This document shows positions 52,693 to 64,000 of a stretch of DNA of 64,000 nucleotides, in pieces. The DNA comes from Marsupella aquatica (Eukaryota > Plantae > Marchantiophyta), in the NCBI GenBank assembly GCA_973895155.1, contig OZ316891.1, positions 25,667,899 to 25,731,898 on the forward strand, read 5' to 3'. Under the pieces are notes generated by a model. The model had not been told where the DNA came from. It saw only the letters and a program-made list of their open reading frames with translations, and did not search any database. Both the position numbers and the translations under genes were made by a program. The first letter of the stretch is position 1, and every line of letters begins with the position of its first letter.

Positions 52693-53298
52693 TCAATGGC
52701 CAGAGTGTCGATTTCTAATCGACCAGATGGGATAATCAAACTTGTTAGCGAACGCAAGACCAAGCCCTAAATCTGATAGCTTTCGTAAATATGGAATGAG
52801 GTCATCCCTCAAAAAGACATCATCCAACGATCCTTGAAATGACTTAGCGAACAATAATTCGCATACAGCTGTCTGGCATGTATGGGAAGGACAGGCATCA
52901 ATCTGGATTATATTCTCTGGTCGATAATCTTGAAACATATCACGTAGTCTCTCGATAGATTTGAAGACAATAATCTTATAATTTTTCTTCACATAACCAA
53001 GATTTCAGCAATGATCCCGAGTGAACACATATATCAGCTACAACAGGGCGGTGCTCGACAACACTTCTGAAAGTATCTGATAAACCAGTTTATCATCGAG
53101 AATAAACCAGACCATCACATCAAAATGATCATAACAAAATTTGATAAGATCATGAAGATGCAGCCTCGGAACGACGCATAGAGATCCGATACAAATTCCG
53201 GGTGTCGACTTGAGCTGAGGAGTATATTTTGAAACAGAGCATAGGAAGTTTTCCAGTCCTAAAACTAGAAATTGACGCGACCTGCTCCACTTAAACAC
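52693..53298 (-). pseudogene. FCP1/NIF-homology (HAD) domain, copy 2, degenerate
   Basis: FLVLGLENFL...VVPRLHLHDLIKFCYDHFDVMVW...VFKSIERL..YRPENIIQID. Two same-frame ORFs are separated by stops. Confidence 0.7.
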
Positions 53299-53429
53299 TT
53301 ATAAATGAACAATTCAATTCCCATATTATGCAATTGCAAACAACCACGCGACCGGGCGCGTCACTCCCAAAATATAAAGTTCAATTTCAATCAATTTATA
53401 AATAATAATTGATAATAAACAATAAACGT

Positions 53430-55945
53430 TTACTTATCGGACTTATCCCGGGCTTCTATAGCACGGTCTTTATTGGCAGATAAGTATTTCATATATTTGT
53501 CAAACTTTTCTAAATGGTCTTTATTCCCCTGATTATGAATGATCACATTTCTCCTCCAAAGATTCGTCTTATCAATATAATCTCTCTCAAGATTGTCTTG
53601 AGAGAACGTTGGAATCCCATATCCACTAAGGAGCTCGCAGAATGTCAACTTGTCAATTGACATATCGCATAGATATGGATACAGTTTCTTTCTAAAAAAT
53701 AGGTCATCATTGAGCCTAAAATATGCATCGGGATACAGCGATGAGTAGAAGTTATTAAGGCTCGTCTTATATGCAGCATCATCGATAAGAATGACATTCT
53801 CGATGTTATAATCTTTAATATCGGCGACAATGTCAGAGAGACATTTGACAAATAAGGGGATGTCATTATTATTCTTCCCAATAGGTCGAGTTGATTCTTG
53901 TCCCCATATAAATTTAATACGTTTCAAAACTTTGGGTCAAAGTATCAGCCTTACACAAGATAGAATATTCCGTTTGAACATGCACGACCAGATCGCAATG
54001 TCGTATAGATCTGCCACCTTCTCAAGAAATTCCATTAAATCAGGCCTTGGATAGATAACCTTGTGCATCTGTCTCACACCCCTTGACCGAATGGGCATCC
54101 CAGGGCTGATCTTCTCTGACCAGATAAGTACCTGATTCAGATCAAAAATTACAAGTCTCTTCTGATCCGGTGACTTCTTTGCCGATGGATTAGGCGCCAT
54201 CTGTACCTGTGATTTTTGTGCCGCAGGGTTTGGAGAACCTACTAGAACGGTTTGTTTGTTTCCCACCTCCGGACGATCACCGGACTTCCGGACTGGTGCC
54301 TTCAATACTCGATCAGGGGGTTTCGAGATAGACTTCTGTAAAACATTAAGAAATGAAAACAAGTTTATAACACGAACGGTCGCGTGACTACAAAGAGAGA
54401 CACTGAAATGAAGTGTATTGCCTGTACAAGACGATCGTTTAGTGCTGGAATTCCACCGGAAATGTCAATCATAGCAGCACGGATCCCGGTAACTAGGTTA
54501 TTTGCGGATGTCGGCTTGCGGAAGTCCATGTCAAATAACGACAAGACTATCTCCCTACGGAATTTCTCAATTTGATCCGCGGCAAAATTAATTTTGTTTC
54601 CTTGACACAAGCACTTGGCGTATCTCAAGATAAACACACCACAACTGTGCCCGTCACTCTGGTGAGGAATATCATTCCAATATATCCGTTCCCAACCTGA
54701 GAGATCCAAGTTGACACTTGTTCTTCAGCCAATTTTGTCGGCGTAATACTTCCCAACAATATCTAGCACCCCAGGATTTATCGATTATGAACTAGAGAAT
54801 CTAGGTACTCGAGCCGTTTTTCCTTTGGATGCACAACTACCAATGACCAATGTTCTTTCACAGCATTGTGTATTGGAAAGACCAGTTTGTCGTATTCACT
54901 GATTTTTAGCGGAAACTCCTTTGTCCAAGCTGCTCTCTCCTCATAAAAAATGGTAGGATCCATGGAGAGAAGCTCAAAATGGTGTGTGTGGAAGAATTTG
55001 ACAAGGTCTGACTTTCCAACTCTATCGAGAATCAGTTCGAAAAAACTCAAATAAGCGTTAATTATATCATCGGTGAACAACTCGCGCGGTCTCAGACACA
55101 TCATATGTTTCCTCTTGATCGAGTGTTGTAAGAACTTGGTCAATAGCTCTTCCATATCCTTAGAAGGATCAAGGCATTGATCTATTCATCTAGCCAAATT
55201 TTCAAAAAACTGCAAAAAATAGAGATTTCAGTACACCTTCAAATAACGTACTGAGGTTGTAGCCTAAGGGTTCTACCTCAGAAAACAGAAACAATAACAA
55301 ATCAATAATAAAATAATGATGGCTATAATAGAAACTTTAAGCTTATAGCTTGCAAATGACCTTTGGATTGGGTGGATCCGGCCTTTTCGCAGCTGATCTC
55401 TTGGGTGCCTCCTTCGCAACAACATCCTTCAGCCCTCCTCGAGACCGCAGTGATCGCTCCACCGAACCAGTTTGCGAAGGTTGGAGCGATGAGGCGGGAA
55501 GACCTTCGAATGGTTGTGGCATTTGATTTAAATATTCCACAATCTGGGAATCCGATTCCAAAATATCTGGTGCCACAATTTCTACACGAGTGACCTGTGT
55601 AGTATATTGGGGTCAAGACCACAAACCCGGTCGCGTCAAGTTAGCTGTTAGTCTCTTAACAACTTGAGCCGAGTCTGGTGCCAAAGATGTTTCCAGGTCT
55701 TGCACTCGATTCTCGGAAAAGTGGACATTATTGATGATTGTCTCCATTCTGGATGCAGTGGCAGTCTTCTCCTCGGTAATCAAAAGACCCTCGGTCACGA
55801 TACTCAAGGAAATTGGAGTTTGAAGGAGGAGGCTTAGTTGGCTGGGACGAGGAGGAGGCTACGCTGGAAGGAAGAGGCTTGGCTGGGAGGAGGGTTGCCG
55901 CCAACATCGGAGGGTTGCCGCCAACATCGCTGAGACCACATGCAA
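53430..55945 (-). pseudogene. Spliced gene encoding a Ulp1/C48 SUMO protease fused to an FCP1/NIF-type HAD domain (degenerate)
   Basis: Ulp1: DDIINAYL..FFHTHHF..LVFPIH..EHWSLVVV..EYLDSL..PHQSDGHSCGVFILRYA (His-Asp-Gln-Cys present). FCP1: LVIFDLNQVL..YPRPDLMEFL..DIAIWS..FIWGQE..LFVKCL..NVILIDDAAYK. Putative phase-0 intron 54421-54336 (GC donor). Several stops and frameshifts. Confidence 0.8.
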
Positions 55946-56189
55946 CTGAATAACTTATAAGTATCAATCAACATTAATTCTGCAATAAATGAGGAGAGTA
56001 GTTGCCTTAAATCATGCATTCAATGCATGAATTGAGTCAATGAAGTTATGGTCCAATTTCTCACTCCGAGTTTGATCAATCTGTGTTTCAAGTCCAATAC
56101 AGAAGCAATTTATCAGAAGTACTAGTAGAGGATCCAAATGAATTCTCTAGTCTAAAATTGTATGGCGTTCAATTATAGTTGTCCGTATG

Positions 56190-56710
56190 TTTTGGTATTG
56201 TTTATTGTAGTCGACGGCCTAGCAAAACGAAACGTAATCAAGGTCTATTTTTCATATATGACTGATCTCAACTTGTTAGTAGGATGACCTGATTTTTTGG
56301 TTACACATGTAGTTCATCATGCGCATTGTCGCGTGAACCAATTTATCTCAGGTCTTTTGATATTGTTTATTGTAGTCGATAGCCTAGCAAATTTGCCAGC
56401 AAACCAAAATCTTTGTATCATCACGCGTCCGGTCGCGTTAATGTTTTAGAGGTCAATGAAAGCTCTGCAATCTTAAACATAATTGCGCTTTATTTCTCAG
56501 ATTTGCCTGATCTCAACTTGTTAGTTGGATGACCTGTTTTTTTGGTTACAATGTAGTCATCACGCGCACAATCGCGTGCACCAATTTATCTCAGGTCTTT
56601 TTGATATTGTTTATTGTAGTCGATAGCCTAGCAAATTGGCCAACAATCTATTTTAAAACCAACGTCTTCGTTTCATCACGCGCCCGGTCGCGTTAATGTT
56701 TTAGAGGTCA
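56190..56710. repeat. ~245-bp tandem duplication carrying four CpG dyad motifs
   Basis: TATTGTTTATTGTAGTCGA..GCCTAGCAAA x3, CTGATCTCAACTTGTTAGT.GGATGACCTG x2, and dyads at 56318, 56422, 56561 and 56677. Confidence 0.85.
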
Positions 56711-56955
56711 GAGGAATCTCGTGGATGATTTTTCCTTGATTGCAAAAATGGTTACATCGATCCCAAAGGACTTCGGATGTGCAATCCATATCCACTAGCA
56801 CTATCCAGGAATTTAACTGACCTGGTCTTTCGAACACTATTTTCCACGGGATGAAATTAAGCTACACAGTATCTATAACAAGGTCTAACTTGAACTACTC
56901 TTGAATCTGTAGTTCTAATCTTTGACTACTCAAAATATTGTAGACTTTGATCGAG

Positions 56956-57498
56956 TCAGTCATTCCAAGATGACGGTATCCACTCATCGGTGTCTGGTGT
57001 GGATTCTCTTGAATCTAGGAATGCTTCCTTTGCCCAAGTCCTAACGTCCATAGATTTTCTCGGCTTGCTCTTTCTGTAATACAAATCAGAATCTTCGTTC
57101 ATCTCTAATTGCCTTTTCTTTGGTGCGTTCACTTTCTTGGCCTCCTTCTTGACTTTCTTAGCGTCTGCTACTGCTTCCCCCGAAATGGATTCAACGCATG
57201 CTTTGGCCTTCAACTTCTCCCCCCCGAAACGGATTTGACGAGGGCTTTGCCCTTTAACTTCTCCCTTGATGCCATCTTTGTAGTCATCTCTGTCGGATTG
57301 CTCTCCATCTAATGCTTCCATCGACAAATGTGGCAAACAATGGCGTCTCTCACAAAACATTTGACCCGATTTAGTCATTGTAAACATTATATTACATCGC
57401 TGACACATTCTGTAAGGAGTACCACGAATTTGATACGTCAAATCTTCTGAATTGTTCGTCGGAACATCCTCATTCTTTGAGCTCAGCGGAGTAGTCAT
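56956..57498 (-). CDS. Orphan 180-aa protein with a Cys/His cluster and a basic NLS-like stretch
   Basis: Open ORF with CQRC-x13-CERRHC and KKVKKEAKKVNAPKKR. TATA-like TATAAAG on the minus strand at ~57626-57632. No family recognised. Confidence 0.45.
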   Translation of the reverse strand: MTTPLSSKNEDVPTNNSEDLTYQIRGTPYRMCQRCNIMFTMTKSGQMFCERRHCLPHLSMEALDGEQSDRDDYKDGIKGEVKGQSPRQIRFGGEKLKAKACVESISGEAVADAKKVKKEAKKVNAPKKRQLEMNEDSDLYYRKSKPRKSMDVRTWAKEAFLDSRESTPDTDEWIPSSWND

Positions 57499-58701
57499 CG
57501 CCCTTCAAACAAAAGATGCAGACCGAGACTAAGAATTGGAAATGAGAGAGCTGATGTGCGAATAGATTATCCAGTAGCCAGAAAATGGAATGCGTGGGGA
57601 ATGAGCAGTAGGGATCATCTCAAAGCTTTATACTATTTACTCTCCACTAGTCACTGTACATAGTGGTTTGTAGAAGAGTGCGCGTTTGACTGGCGCGTAT
57701 TAGAATTGGCGGGAAGTTCAGTTGTCCTCTAATTATGGCTTTAATTCCACGTTTGGCGACCGCCTGGGAATACTGATTGCTAGTGAAGTACTGAGATTGC
57801 TTATGAGGGTCAGTAGTTACTGACTGTCCGGTGTCCACTCATTGGTAAACTAGTACTGTCCACTTATTTTTTCTGAGTGGAGTTAAAATGATTGTTCGTA
57901 ATCAATTGTAGTCGTTCTCATTCACTTGAGATGATTGACGGACCATGCATAGTCTGTTGCCGGTATGTGTGATGCCTTCAGATCCATAATTGTATCTTAC
58001 TGTCTCACGCACAATCGTATCTTACTTATGAAGTACCAAGTACGAGCTAGAGTTTGGGCCTAGGCTTTCAGCTTCTACGTCGTAGACCCTATTATCCCTA
58101 CACCCTCTGACTAAGGTCACGCATCTAGTCGCGTGCAGGGCAGTGCGTTGACGGTCGTGACAGGACAATGCAATTTATGGATGTTTTACTGGCGCTTATT
58201 AGAATTACAGTCCTCAATAGTTATTGACTGTGACGCCGCCGGTATGGCGGGTAATGAGTGATTCGGTCTAACCACGCTTAGCACGCGCGTTAGGGGTATC
58301 TTAGGCCGTTATTATTAGCATAATGACAGTATTTAGGTAGCCATTATGAGTAGGAAATTATTAGTCAATAAGGGGAATTCATGTTTGGGCTGGCGGCGGG
58401 TCACCATTTGCACGCCCGAGTTTCGAGCGTGCAATAGGCCCCCTTTCCCCCTCCCTCGAGTCCGTATAACAAACTCCGAGAGGCGGCCACTAACACAAGC
58501 TGACCCGGACCGGGGAAGGGGCCGGTACACTGCGAGCGTGAAAGGCTCGCCCTATAAGTGACGAGGAGGCGTCAGGCGGCCGACGAGCTCTCAAGGTATA
58601 AAAGGGGGCCGATCCTTTGCAGTGCACCAGTTCTTCAGTCCACGCGCGAGCTTCGACCCTGGCTCTCTCACTTTTCCTTAGTCACTTGCTATCTCCTCTG
58701 A

Positions 58702-59372
58702 ATGTCGCACACGATCCTTTCTAGTTCAGCCATACGATTCTGGACTCAGCTCTTGTCTATCGGAGGGCACTTGGCCGACTCATTGAAACACGCCAACCCG
58801 CGCTGATACGAGATCGAACGCGAATACGAGAGAGCCATCCGCCTAGCAGGACGACACCACTATCTCCTTAACTTTGATTACCCATCCTAGAGCGAGCTTT
58901 ACCGACCTGAAGAAGTATCAGGGTACTTCTTTGACGAAGGCAAATACATCGGCTTTTGGGAGGCATTGCTTTGGCTTCCGGATGAGGTTTTCAATATCCC
59001 GGGCACGATCGACTTACAGCGGCACCACTTTGACCACATCCCCGCTCGGGTCTGGGCTATCATCAACAGCGAGTTCAACACTGCCCGATCGACAGGGCCA
59101 TCTTCACTTGCTTCGGAGAACCTCCACCGGCACCTACAGAAGTTCATGGCAACTCTACCATCAACGACCAGTGCCGGCCAACCCGTGCCCGTACCCGCGC
59201 CTACACCTGCTCGGCCTCAGCCAAGCCAGTCCCCGCCACCGGTCCCACCGCCTCTCCGAGTACGATCCATGGTGAATGCGGTAAATATTAGCTCCGAAGA
59301 CGAGGAGGCTCACCCTCCTTTGAATCGACGGCCGCGGGGTACAACTCAACAAGCGCCGTCAACAACCCAACA
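58702..59372 (+). pseudogene. Orphan ORF with two in-frame stops, truncated at the copia junction
   Basis: TATAAAAGGGGG at ~58598. The ATG at 58702 is in frame with ORF 58966, interrupted by a TGA and a TAG (plausible CGA/CAG C>T). Pro-rich linker, then fused to the copia sequence. Confidence 0.45.
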
Positions 59373-62300
59373 ACTGATACATCCTCCTCCAAGAGTAAAT
59401 ACATACCCAGTTGTAGATCTCCTTGTATCCAGACAGCCTCCATAGTCAGAATCTACATAGCCAACCAACGTAGTGGTTCTATCTAATCTGCCATCAAATA
59501 GTAATCTATAGTCCCGTGTTCCCTTTAGATACCTGAGAATCCATTTCACAGCTTTCCAATGTATCTTCCCTGGATTTGACATGAATCTGCTAACCTTGCC
59601 CATTGCTAGGGCCAAGTAAGGTCTAGTACAAGTCATCAAATACATCAGACTGCCTATTGCGTTCTCATAAGGAATCTTAGCCATCAGACCTTTCTCCACA
59701 GCATCTGTAGGAGAGAAAGCCGATGATAACTTGAAATGTGAAGCTAAAAGAATACTCACTGGCTTACAATCCTCTGTGTTGAATCGTGCAAGTACCTTCC
59801 TCGCATACTTGCCTTGATTCAAGCACAACTGTCTAGTATCAGAGAACTTCCTAAAACTCTCCATTCCTAAGATCCTCTTGGCCTTACTAAGATCCTTCAT
59901 CTTGAATTCAGAACTCAATTTTGCCTTAAGTCTATCAACCTCAGATTGATCTTTAGCCACAATTAGCATGTCATCCACATAGAGAACCATAATGATGAAA
60001 CCAAACACATCATTCTTGATTGATTTCGTATACACACAAGAATTATACACCATCCTTGTAAAACCTTGAGCAAGCATGAAATCATCAAACCACTTATTCC
60101 ACTGTTTAGGAGCTTGTTTCAATCCATACAAGGACTTGAGCAATCTACAAACTAAGTTCTCTTGGCCCTTCTTCATAAAGCCTACTGGATGTCTTCATGA
60201 AGATCATCTTTTCCAAGTTACCATAGAGAAAAGCAGTAACGTCCATTTGATCCATCACCAGACCAAAAAACACAACAAGCGGACACAAGATCCGAATTGT
60301 GGAATACTTAGCCACCGGTGAAAAGACCTCATTGTAATCCACTCCTTTCTCCTGAGTGAATCCCTTGGCAACAAGCCTTGCCTTGTAGATCTTGTCTCCA
60401 CCCTCTGAAGGATTGTGCTTCAACTTGTAAATCCACTTGCTGTCCACCACTTGCTGACCTCTTGGAAGCTCCACCAGCTCCCATGTCTTATTGTCACTCA
60501 AAGATTGCAACTCCATTTGCATTGCTGCATTCCACTCATGCTTATGCTCTAAAGCACAAGCCTCACTGTACAAAGAAGGCTCTTCTTCTTCCAAGATCAA
60601 AGCCATATCATCATCATCAAGTGCAATGTCAATATCATCTAGCTTAGATGAGTCTGTCCATTGATCATACCTGGTAGGAGCTCTAGTAGAACGACTGAAA
60701 GTACTTCTAATAGATGATTCAGGCTAATCTACTGTTGCTGGCTGAATTTGAGGTACCCACCAACAATCTGCTCTTCTTGTTCCATCACAGACTCCAGCTC
60801 CATGCCCGGAGCTTCTCCATCTCTCTTGTCATGAACATCATCATGACTAATCTCCCCCTCAACACGGTCCAGGATGGGAGGTTTCTCCTTGTCAATATGG
60901 AAGTCTTGAGAATTCTCCCCCTCCTTTGATGATTTGGATTCATTAAAGGACACATCCCTACTGACAATTAGCTTACAGGTTATTGGATCCCATAACCTAT
61001 AACCCTTCATACCTTTCTGATAGCTAAGGACAATGCACTTCTTCGACTTGGACTCCAATTTGGATCGAAGCTGGGAAGGTGTAAGCACATAAGCATCACA
61101 TCCAAAAATCCTCAAATGTGAGTAATTTGTTGGACGCCCGTACCTCATTTCAAATGGTGTCTTGAATCCAATAGAACTTGATGGAGAGAAATTTACCAAA
61201 TAAGCTACAGTGTTGACAGTTTCAGCCCAAAACTCATGTGGTAAGCATGATTGACTCAACATACTCCTTGATCATTCCAATAGTGTTCGGTTGAGTCTCT
61301 CAGAAACACCATTTTGCTGAGGAGTATAACTTGTTGTGAAATGGCGTGTAATCCCCTACTCCTTATAATATGTTCCAAATTCCCCGGAACTCTATTCACC
61401 GTTGTTATTCGATCGAAGATATCTCACCCTATTACCAGTTTGATTCTCAACTTGGGCTTTCCACTCCTTAAAAGTGGCAAAAACATCAGACTTGTTGTGG
61501 AGAAAGTAGATCCACACATACCTTGAGTAATCGTCTATGAACGTGACATAGTATAACCGTCCAGAGTGAGAGGGAGTAGGGGTTGGTCCCCACACATCAC
61601 TATATACATACTCAAGTACCTCCTTGCTGATGTGAGTTCCAACTCCAAAGGGTTTCTTGTGCTGCTTCCCAAGCACACAATGCTCACAAAAATCTAACTT
61701 ACTAAACTGCAAATTAGAAATCAAACCTCCTTTCAGAAGTATAGCCAAACCTTTTTCACTCATGTGACCTAGCCGGAACTATCACAGCCGGGCCGTCTCC
61801 TCATGAGATAAGGTTACATTGGCTTCATCACATACTACTCTGCCCTCCAAAATATACAAATTTTTGTGCCTCTTTCCCTTCAACACAACCTTGGAACCGG
61901 TTGAAACCTGAAGGACACCATTAGCAGAACTTCACTAATGGCCATTTGTTTCTAACATTCCAAGTGAAATGAGATTTTTCATCATGCCAGGAATATGTCT
62001 CACATTCCGCACTGTTCTTACAACACCATCAAACATCTATAATCTCATAGATCCAAGTCCAACTACTTGGCCTGGGATTTCATTTCCCATCAAGATTGAT
62101 CCATTGGAAACCGTGTAAGAACTGAAAAACTCTCTCCTATAGCAAATATGAAAAGTACAAGCACTATCTATGTTGAGGGCAAAGTAATGGCTCGGGGGGG
62201 TCACTTCCACGGAAGTGACACATCACGTGCGACGAAGTATAGGCCCATTTAAATGGGTGTGGCGGAAGACTTCCAAAGTTTGGTGGAAGAACACATAGGG

Positions 62301-63870
62301 CATGTTTTATTGATTGGTCGACTTTAAAGAACACATAGGCCTATTTAATTGCAAAAAATACTTTCTATAAAGTTTTTAGGGGTTTTTTAATAAAAAATGA
62401 CAAAATTTTAAGAAAGAAAGGGCTTTGCAAAAAAATATTTTTCACTTTAAAGTTAGGGGGGTCAAACCCTAAAACGTCGCACGCGATGTATGACTCTCCA
62501 TATAGTGACCCCCCCGAGAGTAATGGCATCACAAAATACTCAGGGGCCTCAATCCAAGGGGTTTCCCATATCACGCTCGAAGTTTTGGGAGAATAAACAC
62601 CCTAAAAGTTAAGTCAATAAAGTTTTTTGGGGGAATTTTTTTACCCCTAAATTAATAGAATATTCCGAGAATATTCTCTTATTTGATTTTAAAAAACCCT
62701 ATGATTCTTATAATTCTCAAAATTGAATTAAAATAACTCTAATGTTCTTCAACAAAAATTTAAAAGTATTCCACTAACCCAATAAAAAAACCCTATACTT
62801 ATTCGCGCGTGATGGGTCGGAAGAAAAGAAGTGAGGACCCCGGGACAAAATATTATCATCGAGTAAATCTACCTCATGTGCGCCGGATGCTGCATTAGCT
62901 GATGGGGTAGAGTCCTTTACCCGACAATCTCTCTTCATGTGGCCTAACTTGCGATTTTCCTCTGTATTTAGATATTCCCCTTGACTTAGATCGAAACCTA
63001 TTCTCTTCATTCATCCGCTGCGTAGACCTCCCACAATTCACATTCAACGCATGAAGTACTACCGGATGAAGATGTTGTCTGGGCTTGACCCAGTTTCTTC
63101 TGTGCATCATTAGACAATAGAGAACTCACCACCTCATCATACAAAATGGACTTGAGATCTTTGTACAAGAGCACCTGTTTCAAGCCCTGATAAGATGGCG
63201 GTAAGGAGCTTAGCAGAAGCAAGGCCTTATTCTCATCTTCAACTCCCTTACCCAATTTGACAGATCCACCGCCAGGCTGTCCAATTCATCGAGGTGATCC
63301 TACAACTTGCTCCCTTCTTTGAGTCTGAGGCTCATCAAGAGAGACTTCTTGTATAGCCGGTCTGATGCATCTTCCCGGTAGTACTTCTCTCTAAGGGCCT
63401 TGAAGATTTATGCGCAATCCGCATAATCATCCAGCTTCTTGATGATATGCGGCTTGAGATAAAGCTTCACCGTATTGACAACAATCACCTGCTCCTGTCT
63501 CCACTGCTTCACAAAAATCTCCTCCTCTCCATCATACTGCTCTCGCGTAGAGAGCAGATGATCTAAGCCCATGGCACGAAGAACACCCTTCACTTGCTTC
63601 TCCCATAGAAGGTAATCAATGCGGCCGTCGTACTTCTCCACCTCAAACTTCACTCCTCCGAATCTTGCCATCTCTCTCTTCTTCCCAACTACCGATAGCT
63701 CTAGTAGTAGAATAGCTTCCTCCACTGCACGCTACACCAGTGATCGTATTGGTGATACTTGTTCATCCTCAAACGGTATCAACTCCTCCTTAGACTCTCT
63801 GTCTGATTGTCGTGAACCTGAAGCTCCACCGACGTCGATTCTTCCAGTTTCCTCCGAGTCACTCATATGA
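59372..63870 (-). mobile_element. Degenerate Ty1/copia (Tnt1/Tork-like) internal region; RNase H end and 3' LTR missing, 5' LTR off-window
   Basis: gag GVKFEVEKYDG..LW, ALLLLSSLPPSY, protease LDSACTFH, integrase YSDVWGP/FIDDYSR/FWAETVNT, RT YKARLVAKGF/LYGLKQAP/LYVDDML, RNase H YVDSDYGG. Many frameshifts and stops. Confidence 0.92.
62171..62847. mobile_element. Nested TG...CA insertion (solo-LTR-like) between the gag and protease regions
   Basis: Starts TGTTGAGG and ends CCCGGGACA, separating DLLDDNI from LDSACTFH. Homologous to 10240-10520. No TSD. Confidence 0.55.
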
Positions 63871-64000
63871 GAAAATAAGAAAAAGGTCTTTTCTTGAAAC
63901 TTCTCACAAAACTCAAAACTCAACACCGCCGCGTAGCCCACGTAGCTAGGAGTCCAATACTGAAATCAAAAATCAAAAACGATCTTCGACAAAAAACTTA

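Overview
Repeat-rich nuclear DNA from a land plant, probably non-seed (bryophyte/lycophyte grade; inferred from the PKS and PAL sequence types). Intact-looking host genes are the 5' exons of a TSO1/tesmin CXC gene (-), a MIZ1/DUF617 gene (+), an intronless BAHD acyltransferase (+) and a six-exon thylakoidal processing peptidase (-). Between 18.5 and 37.2 kb is a candidate phenylpropanoid/polyketide cluster: a frameshifted CHS-like type III PKS lies head-to-head with a PAL, followed by the BAHD. The PAL is split by a very young Ty1/copia element (510-bp LTRs, 1 mismatch, CGATG TSD, half-tRNA-type PBS, fungal-like protein motifs). From about 51.5 to 59.4 kb is a degenerate multi-gene cassette: a Ulp1 SUMO protease spliced to an FCP1/NIF-type HAD domain, two more FCP1-like copies and two divergent orphan ORFs. 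It carries a recurrent fixed-spacing CpG dyad (CAYGCR-N5-T-CGCGTB) that I saw only there. A decayed Tnt1/Tork-like copia with a nested insertion ends the window. Non-autonomous Helitrons, MITEs and tandem repeats fill the rest.
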